Below are positions 20,201 to 27,736 of a stretch of DNA of 64,000 nucleotides, piece after piece (within the stretch, counting starts at the first letter, position 1; every line of letters starts with the position of its first letter). Below the pieces are notes generated by a model that had not been told where the DNA came from, made no database searches, and saw only the letters and a list, made by a program, of their open reading frames with translations. Made by a program: the position numbers and the translations under genes. Where the stretch lies: NCBI GenBank assembly GCA_023205875.1, contig CP060755.1:1054001-1118000 (forward strand). Direction: 5' to 3'. Origin of the DNA: Chloropicon primus. Taxonomy: Eukaryota.

Positions 20201-21761
20201 GTGGTCCAGACTGTGGGCAGCGACGTCTACCCATCTCATCGGGGCAGGTTGTGAGGACAACGTGGAGATCGCCATGTATTCCATAGATGCGCTGCGGCAA
20301 ATTGTGTTCAAGCTTTTGGAGCACCAGGAGCTCTCGAACTTTAAGTTTCAGGACGAGGCCTTGAAGCCTTTTGTCTCAATCATGCGCCAGTCTGAATTGA
20401 ACCAGGTGCAAGTGTTTACCATCCAGTGCATACTCCAAGTTGTCTCTGCCCACAACTCGAGGTTGCAATCTGGATGGCACAGCATCTTGGCTTGCGTGAA
20501 GATTGCTTTGAGAAATGAAGTGGTTGAGGTCGTCGATGCAGCACTGCACATATTGAGCCAGTCGTGGTCAGAGCCGCAAGTAGTGTCAAGTGAAAACTTA
20601 TTCAGTGAGCTCAAAAGTTGCTTCATTGAGCTCATGGCGCACGGGAACCACGTGGAACACCAAAGCAGGGCAATCGAGATAGTGAAGGAGGGGGTCTCCC
20701 TCATCCTAGATGGTCTTTCAGAGAAGGACGAAGGCCTGGAGCTCCTTCTGCTCCTGTGCAACATGGGTAGCACTGCCCTCATTCATGGCAAGAGCTGTCA
20801 CCACGTTGCTTACCAGGCGCTCTTTGGCTTGCTGGAGAGGCCCGGCCTCAAGTACACCGAGGGAAAATGGGAGGAAATACTCGAAAATGTGTGTCAGATA
20901 TCCTTCCAGCAAGACTTTGCCGAGATTGATGGGAATGCGGATGAATACTATAGAACCTACTTCCCGCTCTTGTGCAAGCTCGCCCAGTATTCCCACATTC
21001 CTGTGGGCGTAACAGTATCGAAAGTTCTCAAGAGCTTGCAATTGCTGTTGGTGCAGAGAGGATTCTCGACTGACTTGAGGACCTTCTTCATCTCGCAATT
21101 CTCCGAGGTGGCGAACAAACTGTTGCTGCAAGACGAGGTCTCGAGCGACGACGCGTCAGCGCAATGGCGGGCGCTTACTGACTGCGCCAAGGGGATCCTT
21201 GCGGGAACTCAGAAGGCTTTTGAGGGAGACGGTGGGGACTTCGAGGAGAAGTCCAGGCAAGCGGAGGAGATGCTTGCTTTCCAGGGCTCCCTGTCACAAA
21301 TTTGCAGGAGCCTGGCGAGCAAGAAATCCGCAGAGCTGGAGGATGTGCAAAGGGGGTTGCTGGTCGCTCTGGAAGAGAACGTAAATTGGGCGAGGGATTT
21401 CAATGTCACAGGGGACAGTGAGAGGGGCAGTTTACTGGTGAGGCAGGAGGTGAATGGTGGGATGCTTCTGATCGAGGTCTTGTCGAATGCTGAGCACCAC
21501 GAGGACCTCATACGGGTGTGCGGCCAGGTCTTGCAGCACTTTGACAGCAAGAATGGGGCAGCGCTAGCGCCTTTGATGGCTGCGGCCATCAAAGCGTTGA
21601 GCGGCGCGGAGTGTCCGGATGACGAGCTCTTCAAAATTATGGAGAACTTGATTTCCCACATGGAGGACCAGCTTGAAGTCCGGTGCGCGATCTCGGAGTT
21701 CCTGAAGCACAAGATACTCCCACCCCTCATACGAAAAGTGGTCGAAATAAATAAGAGATAA
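17205..21761 (+). CDS. Large ARF-GEF, BIG/Sec7 class, ~1518 aa
   Basis: HUS box FVNYDC, Sec7 FRLPGEAQQIDRIMEKF and YAIIMLNTD, HDS motifs (LQRLVETVHHNLDRIRMVWSRLW, ELSNFKFQDEALKPF). Confidence 0.92.
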   Translation: MAEGEMAKRPEGFPRANFIKSVEGIQKACGWRLDLRPLSQQCGVLLKTVKENPDFVLEVITSEDSMILATLLHAVSSNYPPRLTEPALSYLHRLIAGGLVVGESGEKGERRMVDTVVEKICDLGASSAEPVQLAVLKSLLTICTSETFCVKGERLLQAFKMIFNLAVGSNFDGIKRCATASLQQLLSVWFRKAAADFSAQSQNPEGADNDLDVANIANLAEKADIHGLEKVLTRRLSSQGRELSDSVEKGDGMSVPSTPSRKNRPSAQPLAGLEVDLFVLLRSLCRLGARTIDQSTSDNFIVEGKLLALGLIKHVLQFQAWESLSNRFIQRARNLLSVMLIRNANCSLETSAVKQIEILSKVIVQPRLLAAMKPEAGAFMPLFIIRHLEVFSPEEHLLKAACSALCVLCTKEQLLVDLFVNYDCEMNSTNIFDRIVKGLCYVIISQPIYDAATLGKMKVLACKALFQCVKILRDWFSSHQVKKVSDGEGSANGGVTANGEAKEEASRGREFLRLKSKKDSLSGGIDTFNCHPIKGMKSLIRSGVLESSVDAQAEFLYKTTGLNKDAKGEFLGHHEENQVSVMHKYADFFDFAGMEFDEAMRAYLDTFRLPGEAQQIDRIMEKFADRYCTCNQGTFHSADQAYMLAYAIIMLNTDVHNPLAEHLMSKVDFIGMVNQCPVEGEEHHTLPEEYLAAIFDRISSSQIKMSDDTAKSSEPQNADKVMASPLMKVLRKALPFQRVLGDDSASQAMPSLDGVKEILRKHQGQDGGAAGVWNTAEHSEIAILMCATLCKHSLDIFDSLDKIKVSMDSFKVIIQCIKESIILTGMMEQKESCDKLVCKLSDLVGFGDANTFPLTLPDSMRMEAFKSLLDITLNHPDLIQGSWTHVFRCLSRAQYFALNRSEVEVMRKFDRTAYDIVYNKRPGSSDLSIYFGREGLQLIDHLFSGSGNMTGQTIVMFVSAMCAVSREELEEPMFKGLELLLLQRLVETVHHNLDRIRMVWSRLWAATSTHLIGAGCEDNVEIAMYSIDALRQIVFKLLEHQELSNFKFQDEALKPFVSIMRQSELNQVQVFTIQCILQVVSAHNSRLQSGWHSILACVKIALRNEVVEVVDAALHILSQSWSEPQVVSSENLFSELKSCFIELMAHGNHVEHQSRAIEIVKEGVSLILDGLSEKDEGLELLLLLCNMGSTALIHGKSCHHVAYQALFGLLERPGLKYTEGKWEEILENVCQISFQQDFAEIDGNADEYYRTYFPLLCKLAQYSHIPVGVTVSKVLKSLQLLLVQRGFSTDLRTFFISQFSEVANKLLLQDEVSSDDASAQWRALTDCAKGILAGTQKAFEGDGGDFEEKSRQAEEMLAFQGSLSQICRSLASKKSAELEDVQRGLLVALEENVNWARDFNVTGDSERGSLLVRQEVNGGMLLIEVLSNAEHHEDLIRVCGQVLQHFDSKNGAALAPLMAAAIKALSGAECPDDELFKIMENLISHMEDQLEVRCAISEFLKHKILPPLIRKVVEINKR

Positions 21762-22126
21762 AACCAATCTTCAATCTTTTATAAGTTGTTTTGTTGGTAG
21801 TTGTCACCTATCCATTTCCTTGGCTTAGTTTTACAGCACCGGGTACTGCCCTGACCGGGCGAAGAACGCGAAAAAGGGAGCAGGCGGGAAAAGGAAGAGG
21901 GAGGGGCAATAGGATTTCTTTCCGATTCACGGACTCAACCCAGGCCACACAGTTGATAATTTCTACCCGTCAATGGTGTTGATTGAACACCGAGGTTAGA
22001 TGGAAAAATATACACGCACTAAAAAATACACAAATACGTTCGGTTCGATCCACACTCCACTCAAGCCACTACTGCTGAAAACGAAGAAGAAGAACTACGT
22101 ACTTACCTGAGCTCACTTACCTGCAC

Positions 22127-23497
22127 TCACCTGATGTTGATGCTGTTGAGAATTCCCGACTGCACTCCCTTGGCCTTGGCTGCGGCTGCTGGGTTAGTAT
22201 CCTCGAAGACCTTCCAGAAGCGAAGAGTTTCGTCTGCGGCAGCAGACACCACGGTGCAGCCATCTGGGGAAGTCGCGAGGTGCAACACCCTTGACGTGTG
22301 CCCCGTAAGCTCTGCGATCTTGGTCATGCTGGGATACTTCCAGAGGCACAGCTGGTTCTGACTGAAACCGTGGCTGCTCAGAATCTCCCTCTCGTGCTTG
22401 TTCCAAACCAGAGAGCACACCTGAGACCCGGTGTCGATGGAGTTGAGGCACGCACCCGTGTGGGTGTTCCAGAACTTGATGCACCTGTCCGCAGTACCTC
22501 CGCCAGAGGCGAGGAGACTGCTGTGGAATGGGCACCAAGCCAAGGCCTTGACGGCGGCTTGGTGGGCATCCATCCTGTGCAAGTAGCCACTGGTGTTGTG
22601 GATGTCCCAAACGTGCAGCATGTTGTCATTACCTCCGCTGGCAAGCTGGTTGCCAGATGGAGACCACTTCAAGCCGCAGATCTCCTGCTCGTGGCCTCTC
22701 AGCCTCGACTGGACGTGATCGCGGATCCTGACGTCGTGGTTCATGATGACATTGTCCCTCCCACCAGAGGTGAGGAGGTGGCTGTTCCACGCCAGGGCAC
22801 CCACTCTGGCGGAATGGCCTCTCAGATTTCTCAGCTGCTTCAGCCTGGAGGCGTCCCAAATCTGCACGTTCGCGCTTGCCGTCCCGACGGCAATGTGCTT
22901 CCCGTCCGCACTCCACTGCACCGAAGCGATGTAGTCGTTGGCGTCATCCCCCGTCTGCATAAGCTGCTGGATATCTCCCGTGGAAGCGTTCCAGAGGTAA
23001 ACGGAGTTGGAAAGCGCGACTGCCAGGACGTTGTTCGCGCTCCAGTCGATGAGGTTGAGGTAGTAGTCGTCGAGAAGTTCCGGAGCATCCAGGATCCTCT
23101 CCGGGGCCTGAGGAATGGCCCTGTGCTGCTTCCTTGGGATGCGAGGCCCCGAGTTCGCGGTGTAAAGCGATCTCATGACGTTGTCGTATCCCTCGGACGG
23201 GGCGGGGGCCTTGGTCTTGAACGCAAGGATGCGCGAGCTCTTGGTGCCGTTCTCAAGAAGACCTTCCGCCAACCGCCTCTTGTACTCCTCCTTTGACGGG
23301 GACACCAAAGCATTGTCCTGCTGCTGGTTGGCCTTGTTCACGTCGTTCTCCTTCACGAGGCTGAAGTGAGCAAGGTCCAAGTCCACCGCACTTCTGTTGG
23401 GAATGAACCTGTCCATTTCCCCTCTGTTTGACTTGCTCGGGGTGGTCCCCGCATAGGACGTGCACCCTCTGTCACCCGCTGTTCCTGTCACAGTCAT
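22127..23497 (-). CDS. CDC20: APC/C activator CDC20 (WD40); an extra upstream exon is possible
   Basis: C-box DRFIPNR, KEN box, RILAFK Mad2-interaction-like motif, ILDAPELLDDYYLNLIDW, seven WD40 repeats, IR tail. Confidence 0.95.
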   Translation of the reverse strand: MTVTGTAGDRGCTSYAGTTPSKSNRGEMDRFIPNRSAVDLDLAHFSLVKENDVNKANQQQDNALVSPSKEEYKRRLAEGLLENGTKSSRILAFKTKAPAPSEGYDNVMRSLYTANSGPRIPRKQHRAIPQAPERILDAPELLDDYYLNLIDWSANNVLAVALSNSVYLWNASTGDIQQLMQTGDDANDYIASVQWSADGKHIAVGTASANVQIWDASRLKQLRNLRGHSARVGALAWNSHLLTSGGRDNVIMNHDVRIRDHVQSRLRGHEQEICGLKWSPSGNQLASGGNDNMLHVWDIHNTSGYLHRMDAHQAAVKALAWCPFHSSLLASGGGTADRCIKFWNTHTGACLNSIDTGSQVCSLVWNKHEREILSSHGFSQNQLCLWKYPSMTKIAELTGHTSRVLHLATSPDGCTVVSAAADETLRFWKVFEDTNPAAAAKAKGVQSGILNSINIR

Positions 23498-23507
23498 CTC
23501 TCAGTAA

Positions 23508-23535
23508 ACACACACACACACACACACACACACAC
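23508..23535. repeat. (CA)n microsatellite just upstream of the CDC20 ATG
   Basis: Read directly. Confidence 0.95.
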
Positions 23536-23941
23536 TTCTTGCTCTTGCTCTTGCTCTCTACACACACGAAAGGCGGCGCAATGGGTCAAGGAGTTCTAAA
23601 ACAATTTTCTCGTGCACGCGACGACACACACGAAAACGAATTTTTGAAAAGAAAGTATGAACACACACACACTTCACTACACACACTCGCAGCAACGTTG
23701 TCCGCTGGTCTGTTCTCTCGGTCGGTTCTTATGCCTCGTCTACGGCTCACTCGGTTTCGCTCTTTGCTATGGTTTGACTCGCTCTTGGTTTTTGGTTTTT
23801 GTGATCTCGACGTCTCGTTCCCCTCTTTTTCCGCGCCGCTCCATCTGTCACTCGAACGATTTGAAATCCCCCCCAAAAATAGCCCACCTCCCTGTACGGA
23901 TTCCATCTTGGAGGAGCGGCGATGGGTTGAGATGCTTCTTG

Positions 23942-23952
23942 GTCAACGGCTA
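23942..23952 (+). promoter_or_regulatory. MSA-like (MYB3R) element GTCAACGGCTA upstream of CDC20
   Basis: Contains the AACGG core with 3' flank matching the plant MSA consensus YCYAACGGYYA. Short, so it may be chance. Confidence 0.3.
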
Positions 23953-24440
23953 GGAGGAGGATGTGATGTGGTGTTCGAGAAGTGGAGGAGGGACAGGGCG
24001 ATGAGGCAATGATGGTGGGGAGGTAGCGCGATGGCACCTCTCTTCTCTCTCTCTCTCTCTTTCTGTGGCTCTGGCTCTGCGGATTGATTCACCTTTCTTT
24101 TGTTCAAAAGGGGACGGAGGAGAGAGAGAGAGGGGGGGGGGTGAAGGAGGGTGATGCATCCTTTGGGTGGCGGGCGCTCTGTCCGCGGGAGAGAACGCCA
24201 TGGAGGTGGGGTGATGCTGAGCTGAAGAAGGGTCGGATCGGGAGGGAAATCCACCCACCATCCCGACCAGCAACTTTTGTGTGTCCAAGTAGCGCGTCTT
24301 GGTTGCACAAACAAGGCGACGGAGAGATTAGTAATATATATAGACAAGATATTCGACGCTTTTTCTCTAAAAACGTTCAGTGCTTCTCTGCGTCTACGTG
24401 CGGGGCAATAAAAAAAAGCTCTTGAGGCCCCGAGTCATTG

Positions 24441-25177
24441 TCAGTTGAGCCAGGCGGACTCTGTCTTCTGCTCCTTGAAGTCGATCACCGGCGTGGCGGG
24501 GGGCTGGGAGATCTGGTTGTAGAGCCTCTTCCGCTGGCCTTGGGACCCGGAGGACCCGGTCCTCGACGTTGCGGTCTCGTTCCTGGGCGTCGCGAGGAGG
24601 CTGCTCGAGCACTCCTTGCCTCTCCCCAAAACTTTATCCGCGGTGTCCAGCTGAACCTTCCCAAAGACCTTGGCGAGGTCTTTCACGCGCGGCATGTCCC
24701 GCGGCGCCTCACTAACGTCGTCGTCCCGGGCGTCCATGTCGAAGTTCAAGCTCCTCGCTTGCAAGGCGTGCCGCGAGGTCTGGACGGGGCTCACCGCGAT
24801 ATCAATATCGCTCGTGACTTTTTCGGGGTTGTTTCCAAGAACAAGGGAAGAAGGGCACGCGTGCGTCAGGGAAGAAGTAAAGAAAGAAAGAAAGAAAGAA
24901 AACGGAGTCGCCGCTTCGACGTCGCAACCATCCCCTCGGACCACTTACCACTGTCTCCGCTGTCGCCCAAACCCTTGAGTCTTATCTCCCTTGACCGGAG
25001 CGCCGTGCTCGGGGAGAAGCTTTTCTTCCTTGGTGCCGGGGGGGCCTCCATCAGGCCAAGACCCCCCGCGCTGCTCGTCGTAAACGGGGTCGATATTTCC
25101 CTCTCCCTCCCCTCGTGGACCACCCCCTCGCCCCCGCGCAACTTGAACGTGCGCGTCGGGGAGCGAAAACCTTCCAT
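24441..25177 (-). CDS. Second SMR-like, CDK-site-rich disordered protein; exons 25177-24949 and 24817-24441, ~201 aa
   Basis: Donor G|GTAAGT, branch CTGAC, pyrimidine tract and acceptor AAAG| keep the frame. Motifs ISTPF, APPAPRKK, ARSLNF, RKRLY; many S/T-P sites. Confidence 0.65.
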
Positions 25178-25382
25178 ACCCTCCTCCTCCTCTTCTTCTC
25201 TTTCTTCTCTTCCTCTTCTCTCTCGTCCTCCGGTCGTCTCACTCCCGAGCAAGCATCCTTGTGCAGGTTTAGGTTTTTACCTCGCTCCTCCCTCCCTCGC
25301 CACAACACCCGCTCCCTCGTCTCGTCTCGTCTCGTCTCTCGTCTCTCGTCGCGCGAACTCGGTCTCCCTCCCGTCTGTCGCG

Positions 25383-25395
25383 TTTTGGCGCGCCA
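25383..25395. promoter_or_regulatory. E2F/DP consensus site TTTTGGCGCGCCA in a divergent promoter
   Basis: Matches TTTSSCGS with palindromic core TGGCGCGCCA. Confidence 0.35.
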
Positions 25396-25408
25396 CTCAA
25401 AAAAGGAG

Positions 25409-26152
25409 ATGAGCGTAACGACGAGGAGCATGGCATCCGCTGCCGGGGGTGGCGGACTCGGTCCGAAGAAGAAGGTGAGGACGGGGAGAGGGGAAGGGCG
25501 AGGACCGAAGCCCTTCGGGAAAGGTTTTGCTTTGCTCGTCTCTCTTTGTTCTCCGCTTGGAAGTGCCCCGGAAGAGGAGAAGATCCGGGGAGCAACAACT
25601 GTGCTTGGATGTTTGATAGTGTTGGGAAGCAAAAGTCACTAACGCGTTCGAGAAACCGCCGTCGTTTGCTCTCTCTCTTTCTCTCTCTCTCGAAGGCCTT
25701 GTTGAAAGCCCTCGCGGTGCTCCTGGGTGCCCTCCTGGTGACCTCGGGTTGCGGGCTCTTTGTTCTGATGGGTGAGTACCAGACCCAGGCCTTCGCTTGC
25801 CGTGGCGGATGTTATCCGAGAGAAACGCACTGCACCATCGCCACTTGCTGAAACTCGTCTTCTCGTCGCTCCTCCCTGACCCCTCCGTGCTCCAGACTAC
25901 GAGGAGAAGCAGTACAGGATAACGAATTCGGACTTTGGTCGGTTCTGGCTGGCGATCAACAAAGGGAATCCCGTGCTTCAGCCCTTGACGTTCAACTTTG
26001 CGATTATAGGTGAGTCCATCCTTCCCAGGGCCGATCGCTGGACCTCCCTTCTGAACCACCGCCGCGAAATCTCTTTCCGAGCAGGGCTCTTCATGATCTA
26101 CCAGCAGTTCTACCCCCGCTCGCGACCCGCGGCGGAGAGGAAGACCAAGTAG
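25409..26152 (+). CDS. Small two-TM membrane protein, 4 exons (25409-25474, 25696-25771, 25896-26009, 26085-26152), 107 aa
   Basis: Three GT-AG introns with GTGAG donors and CTAAC/CTGAC/CTGAAC branch-like sites. Phases sum to an intact frame ending AAERKTK*. TGTAA follows ~20 nt after the stop. Confidence 0.8.
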
Positions 26153-26308
26153 TGAAAATCTCCTTCCGGTTGTAATAGTAGTGTTCCTTTGCTTTCTTGT
26201 ACGCGACAGGACCCGCGCGCCGTTTCTGACGAAGACGGGGAGTCGGACTGCTGGGCTTGGAAAAGGCTTGGTGTCATCCGACTACAACGTTCTATACTTT
26301 TATAACTC

Positions 26309-26983
26309 TTACACGACAACGGCTTCCAGCCTGGGCAGCGAAGCTTCAGAGGGTCCCAGGTCGCTGTACTCCCCGCTCTTCGGAATGTCCTCCATCCAAG
26401 TGCCCTCGTACCTCTTTCTCTTGACCTTGTAGGTGTAGACTCCGCTCCCATGCTTCTTGTCGTTCAGCCAGCTACCCTCGAAGACGTCGCCGTTGGCCTT
26501 GTTCAAGGTACCTTTGCCGCACCTCTTGTCGTTCTCCCAATCGCCCTGGTACACGTCTCCGCCGAACCCGTCTACTGGGCGACCGCCGTACGTCTGGCGA
26601 CCCTTGCCGTGCCGCTTTCCCTCCTTCCACTCTCCGTTGTAGCACTCGCCCTTCTCGTTGTAGAACACGCCAACGCCGTGGGGCTTGTCGTTCACCCAGT
26701 TCCCGCTGTAGCTCACCCTCAGCTTGCTCTCCTCGTGCTCGAGGATGTACAGAGTCCCGAGGCCGTGCCTCTTGTCGTCCTTCCACTCGCCCTCGTACCG
26801 GTTGCCGTTCTTGTAGAAGAACACGCCCTTCCCATGGCGCTTGTTGCTCTTCCAGCTCCCCTTGTACCTCTCGCCCGCCTCGTTGTACACGGTGCTTCTC
26901 TCGCCATTCATCTCGGACTTGGCCTCCCACTGCTTCCACAAGGGAACGAAGTCGCTGCTCTGCTGACTCTGACTCATCCTCAT
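26309..26983 (-). CDS. MORN3: MORN-repeat protein, MORN3-like, ~224 aa
   Basis: About seven MORN repeats (YxGxWxxxKRHGxG) and the N-terminal LWKQWEAKSEMNG typical of MORN3. Confidence 0.8.
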   Translation of the reverse strand: MRMSQSQQSSDFVPLWKQWEAKSEMNGERSTVYNEAGERYKGSWKSNKRHGKGVFFYKNGNRYEGEWKDDKRHGLGTLYILEHEESKLRVSYSGNWVNDKPHGVGVFYNEKGECYNGEWKEGKRHGKGRQTYGGRPVDGFGGDVYQGDWENDKRCGKGTLNKANGDVFEGSWLNDKKHGSGVYTYKVKRKRYEGTWMEDIPKSGEYSDLGPSEASLPRLEAVVV

Positions 26984-27736
26984 CTCTATCTCTCCCTGGC
27001 ACCTGCCCTGCCCTGTCCTCAACCGACCCTTGATGCGAAATGCAAAGAGTCAAACTGCGGTTTCTGGCGGTCCTGGGTCTGCCCACCGACCGTGCAACAA
27101 CGCAAGACAGCAGACCAATTCCAAGGCCTTCACTCCCCTTCCAGCCGCAACTCTTCCAGCCTCAACCCTCCGACCTTCACTACTCGAGCCCGCAGCAGTC
27201 CACTCTCCTCCCTTCAACTCCACTCTCCTTCCAATCCTCTCAAGTCAAAGATTGTCTCCCTCTCCAAGGTCTCACCTTGGGTGTAATGTGGATTGCACTC
27301 CAAGACGCCATCTTGGGTTTGATTTGCGCGCCAGTGGGCACACAAGGGGGTGGGTACGAAGGCATTGGAGAAGCGAGGTGAGTTTGCGACGACGTGGAGG
27401 GTGAGAACGACGTCAGAGAAGGAAGGAGGGGGCGCGGTTGGACGCCTTGTCTCTTCCTCTTTCGTTTGACCCTTTCTTTGGGAAGAAGCGACGCCAGGGT
27501 GAAGTCGCGAGGAACTGAAACGATTGAATCTCTTCTGTTTCCTCGTGGGTGGAAGAAGCGCGGGACGACGGAGAGGTGGCAGGAAGGCGACGGAGGGAGT
27601 CGTCTCTGAGAGAGGGAGAGAAGCGCGGGTGCACTGGCGCGAGAGAGCGAGAACGGCGGTGGAGGGAGACACGGGCTCGCGGCGGCACGCACGGTGCGGG
27701 AAGACGAAAGGGGGAGAAGCGACGAAGCAAACAGAG

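Noticed and set aside
23586..24425. Several 70-190 aa ORFs upstream of CDC20
   Set aside because: Low-complexity, repeat-derived translations without coding-like codon bias.
25397..26059. 220-aa minus-strand ORF
   Set aside because: Splice signals and codon usage support the 4-exon plus-strand gene instead.
26180..26312. Possible extra MORN3 exon via the GTAAGA donor at the stop
   Set aside because: The candidate continuation would run into the convergent gene, and the stop already carries TGTAA; unresolved without RNA data.
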